Source of the DNA: Sulfurimonadaceae bacterium
GTDB lineage: Bacteria; Campylobacterota; Campylobacteria; Campylobacterales; Sulfurimonadaceae
Assembly: GCA_041571435.1 (NCBI GenBank)
Contig: JBFFUI010000011.1
Location: forward strand, 1 to 53,350
DNA: 53,350 bases
Direction: 5' to 3'
Below are positions 9,601-20,374 of this stretch, one piece after another. The notes beneath the pieces were generated by a model. It searched no databases. It was not told the origin of the DNA and saw nothing but the letters and a program-made list of their open reading frames with translations. A program made the translations under genes and the position numbers. Within the stretch, counting starts at the first letter, position 1; each line of letters begins with the position of its first letter.

Positions 9601-10320
9601 AAAGTCATCGGTATGGAGGCTCTGGTACGATGGATGCATCCCGAGATAGGACTGGTCATGCCGGACAAGTTTATACCGCTGGCAGAAGAGACGGGCTTTG
9701 TCAAAGAGTTGGACAACTATGTGATGCGTCAGGCGATGAAGGATATGGTTGCGTGGTACAAGATGGGGATCAACCCCGGTAAATTGTCGCTGAACCTTTC
9801 GATCAAACAGCTTGCCAGTACCAGTTATTTGGAGATATTGCAAGAGACCATGTATGATACTGGGTTTAACGTCGAATGGCTAGAGTTGGAGATAACTGAG
9901 AGTCAAATGATGTTTGATCCGATGCGATCCATTGATATCTTGCAGACGATAAGCAATATGGGAATAGAGATCTCTATCGATGATTTTGGAACCGGTTACT
10001 CGTCTCTGGCCTATTTAAAACGTCTGCCTGTTGACAAGCTCAAGATAGACCGCTCTTTTATTCAAGAATTGCCTTATGATGACGAAGACCGTGCTATTTC
10101 CAACGCGATCATCGCTTTGGCTGAGAGTTTGAATCTGTCGATTATTGCAGAGGGCGTGGAAAACAGCGACCAGATCGCCTATCTGATTTCAAACGGCTGT
10201 CACACGTTCCAGGGGTATTACTATTCGAAGGCAATTGATAAAGAGGCGATGACAGATTACCTGATGAATAATGATATGGTCTCTAATTCTGTTGAAGAGA
10301 GCATATCAGTAGATCTATAG
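6604..10320 (+). CDS. FIST/FIST_C - PAS x3 - GGDEF - EAL c-di-GMP signalling protein
   Basis: FIST motifs (GTTTDGEI, AGGMAGD, YSCMARR, GFFTYGEF), PAS/PAC repeats, SRLGGDEF with an RxxD (REDD) I-site, EALVRW, DDFGTGYSSL. Confidence 0.95.
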   Translation: MKTFNTYYDKADEFSHYIETHGLIDNDKLLVQIFTGLTDKKEIEHLLKEITLLLPSAAVIGTTTDGEICSGKVSTAKTVVSLTQFENTTLRVAFLENCEESQKAGRAMATELIIPTTKLIISFTDGLNCNGDEYLSGMTSVNKEVIIAGGMAGDSAAFDTTYVFCNTKVSAKGAVGVALCSSELYIHTNYSFNWLTIGKHMTITKAESNRVYTIDDLSATALYQKYLGKELADNLPTVGVEFPLIIQTENGPVARAVVAKHDDGSLSFGGKFTTGDIVNFGYGDAKMILERSVEAQYDMADHPVESIFIYSCMARRRFMPDLIESEITPFQELADVAGFFTYGEFFSYPTKKELLNQSMTVLAISESNDAFKTIVKKDEKSTQGIDAQKSIKAFANLLNVTTQELADENQWLEERTAIIQAKTESMSQAQEVGHFGSWEIDLITKESVWSPESYRIYKLDPATTKPTLDLFLSLIVEEDRAKAAKAIESAYDGKIKSVELHVRRSDGVIITVLLNGKILFNENGDAVKMIGTTLDITEQVKLREENEELAAIIEHSSNEVYIVQVETYRYLYVNNEALQKLGYSREEMYSMNMLDINKEMTLEQTRGLEKKLIEQGSIFNRTVHTKKDGTKYPVQSYVQYRKYNNHDVAIILDIDITELVAAELKQKRQAQILEQIHDSVVSTDTEGLITHWNHGASIIYGYSANEAIGCSNEMLYPEEDHAKIRWIRQQALSHGVFNEQLRSVTKSGQTIYIDMTVSTLKDETGTVIGITCYAQDITQRKEIEEKLREKTQLLNFQAYHDSLTQLPNRALFDDRLQQSIANAHRHNEQFGLLFIDLDNFKRINDTLGHHIGDGVLKVIAQRLLLCIREDDTLSRLGGDEFTLIVQNLRTSESAARVAETIIDALKPKIVIDEHELHISASIGISLYPKDSILKNDLLKYADSAMYTAKDMGRNNFQFYSAEMTQLVFEKAAMESSLHRAIEEEQFVIYYQPQIDARNNKVIGMEALVRWMHPEIGLVMPDKFIPLAEETGFVKELDNYVMRQAMKDMVAWYKMGINPGKLSLNLSIKQLASTSYLEILQETMYDTGFNVEWLELEITESQMMFDPMRSIDILQTISNMGIEISIDDFGTGYSSLAYLKRLPVDKLKIDRSFIQELPYDDEDRAISNAIIALAESLNLSIIAEGVENSDQIAYLISNGCHTFQGYYYSKAIDKEAMTDYLMNNDMVSNSVEESISVDL

Positions 10321-11211
10321 ATGTGCAACAGAGATGTTCTGCACAAGTATATGACTCTCGTCTGTCTGCAACAGTATCGCATCCTGCAGCGCATTGGTTG
10401 TTTCGATGCAGACGAACTCCCTGTATTTGTCATCGGGAAGGTCGTGCAAGCCGCTCTCCTGCCATGGGTTCCAGATCGTCGTCGAGCGGCTGCCGCTTTT
10501 TTCAATAACTATTTTTCTTTTCAAAGCGGTGTCGGTAATGGTACAGGCTGCATCGGTAGGAACATAGACACGGTTGACCTCTTGATGGATCGCTAATGTC
10601 CTCTCTTCACACTTCTCTTTTCGGTTGTCGGTATAGTCAACAAACGGCGTACCTTCCACTCCGGAGATAGCGATCGTCTCGATGTCACTGATAGAAAAGT
10701 AGGTGTGCAGTGCCTGAGTGATGGTAAAGGGCTCTTTGCCGGTGTTGGTGCTTTTAAGCGCTACATTGAGTGTTTGGCCGATCGTGAATGTCAGTTCGAG
10801 CGCAAAGTCGTAGGGAAAGAGACGCTTTGTCTGCGGATTTTCATGCAGTGTCAAAACAACTACGATCGCTTTGGAATCGAGGTTTCTCGTATTTTTGAGC
10901 TGCCACTGCATGTCGCGTGCAAAACCGTGCTGGGGCTTTGTGCTGTCTACGGGATGGGCACCGAACCATGGCCAGCAGATGGGTATGCCGGCATGCACTG
11001 TCTTCGGCGGGGTAATACGGCTCTTTGTCGCATCAAAGATCAGGGGCGCTTCGCCTTTGGGCTGAAAGTGGGTCAGATGCGCACCGTGCAGGTAGATCTC
11101 CGCATCTGAAAGATCATTTTTTACAACAATTCGAACCACCCCGTTTTTATCTGTCTCAAACCAGAGTGTGCCGGGGATTTCAAAGGTTTGCAGCATCTTT
11201 GTATCTTGCAT
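10315..11211 (-). CDS. D-hexose-6-phosphate mutarotase / aldose 1-epimerase family
   Basis: Motifs GIPICWPWFG, QHGFAR, ALHTYF, WNPW, FVCIE. Confidence 0.92.
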   Translation of the reverse strand: MQDTKMLQTFEIPGTLWFETDKNGVVRIVVKNDLSDAEIYLHGAHLTHFQPKGEAPLIFDATKSRITPPKTVHAGIPICWPWFGAHPVDSTKPQHGFARDMQWQLKNTRNLDSKAIVVVLTLHENPQTKRLFPYDFALELTFTIGQTLNVALKSTNTGKEPFTITQALHTYFSISDIETIAISGVEGTPFVDYTDNRKEKCEERTLAIHQEVNRVYVPTDAACTITDTALKRKIVIEKSGSRSTTIWNPWQESGLHDLPDDKYREFVCIETTNALQDAILLQTDESHILVQNISVAHL

Positions 11212-11505
11212 TGCGGATCCTTCTTTAGGGTGAACGATTTTAGTGTTTTTAAGAAAAAATGTAGCTTATAGAGGCGAGATCGTTTTTTTGATATTCTGAC
11301 AGTGCACTGATTTGAGTAAAGAAGGGCACATTGTAAGAACGTAAAGCTTGGGCTCAACAGCGCGCGAAAATGCCAGAACATATCTACTTATGCAGCATTT
11401 CGGGAGTAGGTTCTCTCTTGTCAAACACGAGGAACTGTTCACGATGGTTGATTGGCGGGGCTTTTCGTAGTATAATAAAAAACAAACCTTATGATAGGAA
11501 TCGCT

Positions 11506-11784
11506 ATGGCAAAGATGAGTATGGCAGAGGAGATCAAGTATCTCCGTGAAGAGGTGGAGCGTCTGAAAAAAGAGGACGTCGAGAGCAACAGCGAAGAGGT
11601 AGAAGAAGATGCCGCGCTGGACGCGCTGGTCGAAGGTGTCCATAACATTGAAGGCGAAGTGGAAGAGAAGGTCCATGAGCTTGTTGATCGAATGAAAGAA
11701 GATTACGAGAACATGTCGCCGGTGACGGCTGTGGCGATCTTTGCCGTAGGTGCACTCTTTGGTCGCATCTTTCTGTCGAAATAA
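11506..11784 (+). CDS. ElaB/YqjD (DUF883)-like tail-anchored protein
   Basis: Acidic coiled-coil plus C-terminal 'PVTAVAIFAVGALFGR' anchor; AGGA RBS; TATAAT upstream. Confidence 0.7.
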   Translation: MAKMSMAEEIKYLREEVERLKKEDVESNSEEVEEDAALDALVEGVHNIEGEVEEKVHELVDRMKEDYENMSPVTAVAIFAVGALFGRIFLSK

Positions 11785-11793
11785 GGGATTGGA

Positions 11794-12279
11794 ATGAATA
11801 AAGAACTCAGCAATAAGCTCAACCTGCTGCTTCGCAGTGAAAAAGCACTGCTAAAATTGGAGATGCGTAAAAAAGGGCGTCAAGTCATTCTCTCCACCAT
11901 CGGTGTCCTGGCAATTCTGGCCACCTTGGTGATGCTCAACATCAGCGCTTATCTCTATATGCAAGAGAGCTATTCACCGTTGCATTCGGCACTTATCCTG
12001 ACCGGTGTCGATCTTGCATTGGCCATACTCTTCTTTGTCCTGGCAGTTCGTCAGGAGCTGGGCCATGAAGCCGAAGCGATAAATGAGATACGCGACTATG
12101 CGCTTAAAGAGCTCACGGTCGAGTTCGATGAGATCAAGCAGGAAGCGGCAGAGATCAGAGAGAGTTTTTCAAAGGTAAGCAGCGGCATAGGTTCTGTATT
12201 CAACCGTGACTTCAGTGCCGTAAAGGCCGTGCTGCCGCTTGTTGAGATATTTATTAAAAACCGAAACAAGGAGAAGTGA
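11794..12279 (+). CDS. YqjE/holin-X-like membrane protein
   Basis: 'L..LE....GR' followed by two TM helices; lies directly after the DUF883-like gene, as in yqjDE. Confidence 0.7.
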   Translation: MNKELSNKLNLLLRSEKALLKLEMRKKGRQVILSTIGVLAILATLVMLNISAYLYMQESYSPLHSALILTGVDLALAILFFVLAVRQELGHEAEAINEIRDYALKELTVEFDEIKQEAAEIRESFSKVSSGIGSVFNRDFSAVKAVLPLVEIFIKNRNKEK

Positions 12280-12800
12280 TGACAGTGTCCAGAAATGTTG
12301 CACTGCTGGGTATCGCTGCATTGAGTGCAGCGATGCTGAGCGGATGCATGGGTCGTCCCGGTGCAAAGATGCAGGAGGCCGGCGGGTTTATTGGTTACAT
12401 GTTCGACAAAATCGATACAAATGGTGATGGTTTTGTGGATAAAAAAGAGTACATGGCGCATTCGAATGAACGCTTTGCGAGGTTTGATGATAACGGTGAC
12501 GGAAATGTCACGCTTACCGAGTTCAATCAAAGCCGTTTTGCAGAGTTTGCTCCCGGTATGGCACAAGATATCTTTAGCCGTTACGACAGCAATCGTGACG
12601 GAGTCGTGACAAAAGAGGAGATGCTGCAAAAAGAGGAAAAAGACTTCTCAGAGATGGCCGTCGTTCACACCGACAAGTTCACAAAAAAAGAGATGATCGC
12701 CTTCTACAAAAAAGAGCGTTTTAACCGCTTGGATACAAACGGTGACGGCTGTATCAGCCTTGAAGAGTATCAAAACGCTAAGTCGCCGTTTGAACGCTAA
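12276..12800 (+). CDS. EF-hand calcium-binding lipoprotein
   Basis: Lipobox LSG-C; loops DTNGDGFVDKKE, DDNGDGNVTLTE, DSNRDGVVTKEE, DTNGDGCISLEE. Confidence 0.9.
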   Translation: MMTVSRNVALLGIAALSAAMLSGCMGRPGAKMQEAGGFIGYMFDKIDTNGDGFVDKKEYMAHSNERFARFDDNGDGNVTLTEFNQSRFAEFAPGMAQDIFSRYDSNRDGVVTKEEMLQKEEKDFSEMAVVHTDKFTKKEMIAFYKKERFNRLDTNGDGCISLEEYQNAKSPFER

Positions 12801-12885
12801 TGCGTTGCATCCGACATTGCGTCAAAGATACCGCTGTATCGACACGCCTAACTAAGTATACTCGGCCGTCGGAGAGTCAACACGT

Positions 12886-14307
12886 TTATTTTATTGCCGT
12901 GACAAAGATGCGGCCGCCGCGGTTGAGATAGACACGTTTATAACTGCCTTTGTATTTTTTCAGTACTTTTTTCAGTGTGGCTATGTCTGTGATGAGCTCT
13001 TTTTCGATCTGCATAATAACATCACCCTGGCGTATGTTCTGGCGGTACGCTTCGCTTCTGACATCCACTTCCGTGACCAAAACACCTTCAACATCTTCAC
13101 CGATACGGTAGTTGTATCGGTTCTGGCTGTCAAGATTGCTAAGCTTTAGCCCCTCCAGAAGCGTATTTTCTGCTGTCGATGCCAGCATCCCCTTGTTGAG
13201 ATCGCCCAGTTTGAGTTTGACGGTATGAAGCTCTTTATCGCGTTCATAGGTGAGGGTGATACGGCTGCCGGGTTTGTACCGTCCGATGATATTTTTAAGT
13301 GCAGCGGCGCTTTCGATCTTTTTACCGTCTATTTGGGTGATAAGGTCACCGCGCTGCAGATCAGCTTTTGCGGCCGGTGAATCGGCTGAAACCTGTATGA
13401 CCATCGCTCCGTCGGAGCTTTTGTAGAGTTTGCGGAGCTCTTTGGTCAAGTTGCTGATTGAGACGCCCAGATAACCTCTTTGGATCTCACCGGTTTCGAT
13501 CAACTGTTTGGCAATGTTGCGCACCATGTCGACCTCGATAGCAAATCCGATCCCGTTATTGCCGCCGCTGCGCGTCATTATGGCGGAGTTGATACCGACG
13601 AGTGCACCACGGCTGTCAACGAGCGCTCCCCCCGAATTACCCGGGTTGATCGAAGCATCTGTCTGTATGAAGTTTTCATACTCGTTGATACCGACACTGT
13701 CTTTATGCTGGGCCGAAATAATCCCCTGTGTTACACTCAGTCCGACCCCGAAAGGGTTACCGATAGCGAAAACAACATCACCGATCTTTAAATTATCTGA
13801 ACGCCCCATCAAGATCGGCGAGAGCTTTTGTTTGGCATCTATCTTGATAACGGCAACATCGGACTTGGGGTCTTTACCGATGACTTTCGCATCATAGACG
13901 GTCGTGCCGCCGTTGATCTGTACCGTGATAGCATCTGCATTGGCAACAACATGGTTATTGGTGACGATGTAGCCGTCTTCCGAGATGATGACACCGGAAC
14001 CAAGGCCTTGGCGTGACTGCGGTGGCTGTGGAATCCTTCCCTCACCGAAAAACTCTTTAAAGAAGGGGTGCATCTGTCCCATCTCATTGGAGATATCCTG
14101 TGTCGTAGAGATATAGACAATAGATTTAGTTGCTGTTTTTATGGCGCTGTTGTATGAAAGGATCACCTTGTCATCTGAGGGCATGACACGCTCTGTGACA
14201 TCAGCAGCATCATTAAAGGTAATGGCTGTGACCTCCAGGCTTAGTGATAGGACAATGGCGAGGAAGAGCGATTTAGGCGTGTTAAACATTTTTGAATGAA
14301 GTGGCAT
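12886..14307 (-). CDS. htrA: Periplasmic serine protease Do (HtrA/DegP)
   Basis: GLGSGVI, TNNHV, DVAV, NPGNSGG and two PDZ domains. Confidence 0.96.
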   Translation of the reverse strand: MPLHSKMFNTPKSLFLAIVLSLSLEVTAITFNDAADVTERVMPSDDKVILSYNSAIKTATKSIVYISTTQDISNEMGQMHPFFKEFFGEGRIPQPPQSRQGLGSGVIISEDGYIVTNNHVVANADAITVQINGGTTVYDAKVIGKDPKSDVAVIKIDAKQKLSPILMGRSDNLKIGDVVFAIGNPFGVGLSVTQGIISAQHKDSVGINEYENFIQTDASINPGNSGGALVDSRGALVGINSAIMTRSGGNNGIGFAIEVDMVRNIAKQLIETGEIQRGYLGVSISNLTKELRKLYKSSDGAMVIQVSADSPAAKADLQRGDLITQIDGKKIESAAALKNIIGRYKPGSRITLTYERDKELHTVKLKLGDLNKGMLASTAENTLLEGLKLSNLDSQNRYNYRIGEDVEGVLVTEVDVRSEAYRQNIRQGDVIMQIEKELITDIATLKKVLKKYKGSYKRVYLNRGGRIFVTAIK

Positions 14308-14340
14308 CGTTAATCCTTTTTCTCTAGTTATAGTAGGGTA

Positions 14341-14371
14341 AGTATAGATAGAGAAGGTTAATAAGATGTAA
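14341..14371 (-). promoter_or_regulatory. htrA promoter with TTACA-N6-TAAC box 10 nt upstream of -10 TATACT
   Basis: Minus strand reads TTACAtcttatTAACcttctctatcTATACT. Confidence 0.55.
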
Positions 14372-14439
14372 ATTGCAGTTGTGAGCGGTTCAGACTTCTA
14401 TGTAAGAAATCCGTCAGATCTTTCACCGTTTTCCAGTGT

Positions 14440-14652
14440 TTACATGAAATGCTCTATGGGCTCATCCAAAAAGTTGTTGAGCGGCTCGGTGTGCTTTTCA
14501 ACCTTACCGTTTCTGGAGTTGGCGAGGTCAATTGCTTCATCAAGGTCTGTACATTGTGCGATGATCTCATCATAACAGCACTCTTTATTGTCGATTAAAA
14601 CGGCCTGCTGCACTTTGACAAAGTAGGTTATAGACTCTAATGTACTTGCCAT
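14440..14652 (-). CDS. Small acidic hypothetical protein (70 aa)
   Basis: AGGAG RBS before ATG 14652; candidate -10 elements upstream. Confidence 0.7.
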   Translation of the reverse strand: MASTLESITYFVKVQQAVLIDNKECCYDEIIAQCTDLDEAIDLANSRNGKVEKHTEPLNNFLDEPIEHFM

Positions 14653-14782
14653 TAATTTACTCCTGAAATTACTTTTTATAATACTATTATAGAAAAATAA
14701 TGTCACATATATATCACTAAAATTTATATATGTTGTTGTGGAAAAGAATCAGTAGAGAGGGTAAAGTCGTGCCGACAAATGC

Positions 14783-15711
14783 TTACGAAGTGTGTTGTGC
14801 AGTGATAAGTTCAACAGCTGCATCGACAGCATTGCGGTAGCTGAGTGTATTGGCTTCACCTCTGTAGGCAATATCAAAGGCCGTTCCATGGTCGACTGAC
14901 GTACGGATAATAGGCAGATTGAGCGAGATGTTGACACTCTCATCAAAGTAGAGCGCTTTAAGCGGACCGAGCCCTTGATCATGATACATGGCGACAAAGT
15001 AGGTAAACTGCTCTCTGAAATGCGGTGTAAATGCGATATCCGGAACGACCGGACCGACAAAGAGCTCTCGACCGAGCGCATCATTCAACAAGGTGATCGC
15101 TTCGGTAATGATCGTCTCTTCATCGCCCAGTACACCGTTGTCCCCGGCATGCGGGTTGAGTCCAAGTACGGCGACTTTGTGATCGCCGATCGCACGGTGA
15201 AAATCTTCCAAAAAGCCGGTGAGACGTTTGAGGGTCAATGCGCTTGGCACCGCCTGAAGCGGGATGTGCTCGGTAAAGAGAGCGACATAGAGGCTCGAGC
15301 AGCCCAGCATCATAATGGCCTCTTTGTCAAAGATGTCTCGAAGCATATCGGTATGCCCCTTGTAGTCGATACCTGCCAGTGACCATGCCTCTTTATGGAT
15401 AGGAAGCGTGACAATGGCATCTACTTTTTTTGTTTTGGCCAGATCGATTGCGTGAAGAAATGAGCTGCAGGAGAACTCCCCCGATTTTTCTGAAACACGT
15501 CCCGGTTCGATTGTAATGTCTTCACCGATCTCAGAGAGTTCAAAATCATCGGGTATTGCAATCTTCAGAATATCCGATGCTTTTTGAAGTAGAGGGCGGT
15601 TGATGCAGTAGACAGGGGAGACCGTTTTTGAGATAGCACTGTGTGCTTTGAGTGCGATCTCGATACCAACACCGTTGATATCACCGATGCTGACGGCAAT
15701 ACGCGGTCGTG

Positions 15712-15724
<13 letters not shown>
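14783..15724 (-). CDS. pdxA: 4-hydroxythreonine-4-phosphate dehydrogenase
   Basis: Motifs GDINGVGIE, GLNPHAG, MYHDQG, RTSVDHGTAFDIA. Confidence 0.97.
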
Positions 15725-17665
<1,941 letters not shown>

Positions 17666-17794
17666 TTACCACATTCCTTACAGGAGGTAACGAATATGCT
17701 ACAATCATACCCTAAATAATACATTCGGGTTGATCAAGAGGCAGCATTTTAGAGTGCTCATCTGCGATATAGACCCGAGTCAATGATGGTGCAT

Positions 17795-19201
17795 ATGAAA
17801 AAGATTTTAATTATCAGTGACAGTAAGATCGGCCACAACTTCGTACAGCGGGCCATCGATACTTTTGCCAAAGATAACCTCTACTACGTGATCGAGACGA
17901 AAGCACGAGAGTATGAGAATGCACCAGCGTCGAGATTCAAGTTTTTCGAGTTTGATCCGACCAGCCTTTATAAACTGTCAAATGTTCTGAAAATGGAATT
18001 TGTACAGGTCTTCATCGCGATGAAAAACCCTGTCGATGTTGAACAGACGATAGCCAACATCCGTGTCACCAAAAAACAGCTTCGTATTATTGTCGTTGAC
18101 CATTGGGGTATGGACCTTCAACAGTACAATGTCGTGCAGATCAACACGACCGAGATACTTGCATCGCATCTGTTTGATTATCTGCCTAACGTACCGGTTG
18201 TTGCACAGAATGTGGGACTGGGTGAAGGCGAGATCATGGATGTCCTGGTCCCGTTTGGAAGCTCATTCGTCTATCGCCATGTTGGTGTTATCGAACAGAA
18301 AAACTGGCGCATTGTCGGGATATACAGGGGCGGAGAACTTATTTTGCCGGATGATCGAAAGATGATCCATCCCAATGACCAGCTCCTGCTGGTTGGTGAG
18401 CCCTCTGTGTTGAACTCTGTATACCGGGCTATCAAAAGAGAGATTGGCCAATTCCCACAGCCTTTTGGAACCAACCTCTATCTGTTTATCGATATGATCA
18501 AAGATGATGAAGATGAGATCATTTCTCTTTTGGACAAAGCGTTGACGGTGCATGAGAATTTCAGTAACCGGCTGATCGTCAAAATTTGCAATCCGAGCAG
18601 TATTGCGCTGCTCGAACAGATCAAAAGCAGGCGCAGTGAGCAGGTAGTTATTGATATAGACTATCAGCAAAGTTACATCGAAGATGTCGTGATCAATGAC
18701 GTCAAGCAGTATGATGTCGGTCTGATCATGGTCTCAGCCTATATGTTTGACAAAGATAAGATGCGAGAGATACTCTATGACGCCACTGTCCCTGTGCTTT
18801 CGCTTGCCAAACGCCCAATAGAGAAGATCAAAGATGCGGTTATTGTGATAAATGACAACAAAGACCTGGAGAAGATCTCAACGACTGTTTTTGACTTCTC
18901 TGCGCAGATGAGCTATAACATGGAGCTGCTGAAAAATGCAGATGAGGAGAGCAAAGAACAAGATGAGATCATTGAACACTATCAAAACCTTGCCGTGATC
19001 TTCTCTAAAAATATTCATGTCAACCTCCATTATGACAACCCGATACGCAAGCTCTCAAAACGTGAAAATTTCCTGCACTGTATCCCGTTTACCGAAAATG
19101 TTCTGGAGGATAAAAGCGCGACACTCTTTTCAACCAATATCGAGATGCTTTATCACCGTTTGAACCGCTATCATCAGCTCTTTATCCCGATCAAGATCTA
19201 G
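17795..19201 (+). CDS. COG3400 family TrkA-C (RCK) domain protein
   Basis: FDPTS and AQNVGLGEGEIM..VPFGSSF.YRH; position before aroB is typical of Campylobacterota. Confidence 0.85.
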   Translation: MKKILIISDSKIGHNFVQRAIDTFAKDNLYYVIETKAREYENAPASRFKFFEFDPTSLYKLSNVLKMEFVQVFIAMKNPVDVEQTIANIRVTKKQLRIIVVDHWGMDLQQYNVVQINTTEILASHLFDYLPNVPVVAQNVGLGEGEIMDVLVPFGSSFVYRHVGVIEQKNWRIVGIYRGGELILPDDRKMIHPNDQLLLVGEPSVLNSVYRAIKREIGQFPQPFGTNLYLFIDMIKDDEDEIISLLDKALTVHENFSNRLIVKICNPSSIALLEQIKSRRSEQVVIDIDYQQSYIEDVVINDVKQYDVGLIMVSAYMFDKDKMREILYDATVPVLSLAKRPIEKIKDAVIVINDNKDLEKISTTVFDFSAQMSYNMELLKNADEESKEQDEIIEHYQNLAVIFSKNIHVNLHYDNPIRKLSKRENFLHCIPFTENVLEDKSATLFSTNIEMLYHRLNRYHQLFIPIKI

Positions 19202-19324
19202 GTTTCCTGTGCGCGGGATGCACACTCGCGACAAAGCTTTTTCAACCGCCCGTTTATTCACTGTTTTTTAAGTTCCTGTAAAGTATTATATTTACTATAA
19301 TTTGCAAATATAATGGACCTCTAT

Positions 19325-20374
19325 ATGATCATCGATATCAACCTCAAAAAAGAGATCGATCTCTCCTATCAAGTGACGATAGCCCCGTTGCCGGAGCTCA
19401 CTTTTGACACCAAAGTCGCTATCGTGACCAACCCGACAGTTTCAACCCTGCATCTTGATTATCTGACCTCAAAGATCAAGGCCAAAGAGCTGCATGTCAT
19501 CACCGTACCGGATGGCGAAGAGTATAAGAACTGGCAGAGCATAGAGATGATCCTTGAAGGGATGTTTGAAGCACGCTTCAACCGAAACTCTCTTTTGATC
19601 GCTTTTGGCGGCGGCGTTATCGGCGATATGACAGGATTTGCGGCAAGTATCTATCAGCGCGGTATCAACTTTGTACAGATCCCGACGACACTCCTTGCGC
19701 AGGTAGATGCAAGTGTCGGCGGAAAGACCGGTTTCAACAACAAATACGGCAAAAACCTTGTGGGCGCCTTTCATCAACCGCAGGCAGTCTATGCTGATGC
19801 CCATTTTTTACAGACACTGCCCAAACGTGAATTTGCTGCCGGTGTCGCCGAGGTGGTAAAGATGGCCGTATGTTTTGATGCCGATTTCTTTTCCTGGCTG
19901 GAAAAGGCGGACCTCAATGACGAAAACCAACTTGCCGAGGCTGTCGCCAAGTCGGTTCAGACAAAGGCATGGGTGGTTGCCCAAGATGAAAAAGAGAGAG
20001 GACTGCGTGCCGCGCTCAATTACGGGCATACTTTCGGCCACGTGATCGAAAACGAGACAAACTATACCGGTTTCCTGCATGGCGAAGCCGTTGCCATTGG
20101 TATGGTTATGGCCAATGATACGGCCGTTGCTCTCGGCTGGATGAGCGAAGAGGAGGCTGAACGGGTGAAAGCACTTCTGCAGCACTATGGCCTGCCGACC
20201 TCATATGCCATCAAAGATGTCGAGCACTTTTATGAAACGTTCTATCTGGACAAAAAGAGTGCTGACAGTGCCATAACATTTATTATTCCAAGATCACTGG
20301 GCGGTGTGGAGATTACAGACAAAATCGATGCTTCTGTCATAAAAAAGGTGTTACAACAATATGCGGTCAACTAG
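19325..20374 (+). CDS. aroB: 3-dehydroquinate synthase
   Basis: Motifs GGGVIGD, PTTLLAQVDASVGGKT, LNYGHTFGH. Confidence 0.97.
   Translation: MIIDINLKKEIDLSYQVTIAPLPELTFDTKVAIVTNPTVSTLHLDYLTSKIKAKELHVITVPDGEEYKNWQSIEMILEGMFEARFNRNSLLIAFGGGVIGDMTGFAASIYQRGINFVQIPTTLLAQVDASVGGKTGFNNKYGKNLVGAFHQPQAVYADAHFLQTLPKREFAAGVAEVVKMAVCFDADFFSWLEKADLNDENQLAEAVAKSVQTKAWVVAQDEKERGLRAALNYGHTFGHVIENETNYTGFLHGEAVAIGMVMANDTAVALGWMSEEEAERVKALLQHYGLPTSYAIKDVEHFYETFYLDKKSADSAITFIIPRSLGGVEITDKIDASVIKKVLQQYAVN

Noticed and set aside
11794-12279. Prophage holin
   Set aside because: No phage genes are nearby; the context fits the chromosomal YqjD/YqjE module.
17678-17705. Fourth copy of the TTACA/TAAC box
   Set aside because: The spacer is 5 nt and the distance to -10 is 8 nt, unlike the 6/10 geometry of the other sites.
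17730-17770. SAM-I riboswitch resemblance (ATCAAGAG...GCAGCA...GTGC...GAT)
   Set aside because: There is no P2/kink-turn or pseudoknot, no GCAACC/GGTGC P3, and the downstream gene is unrelated to methionine. Kept only as a generic structured leader.
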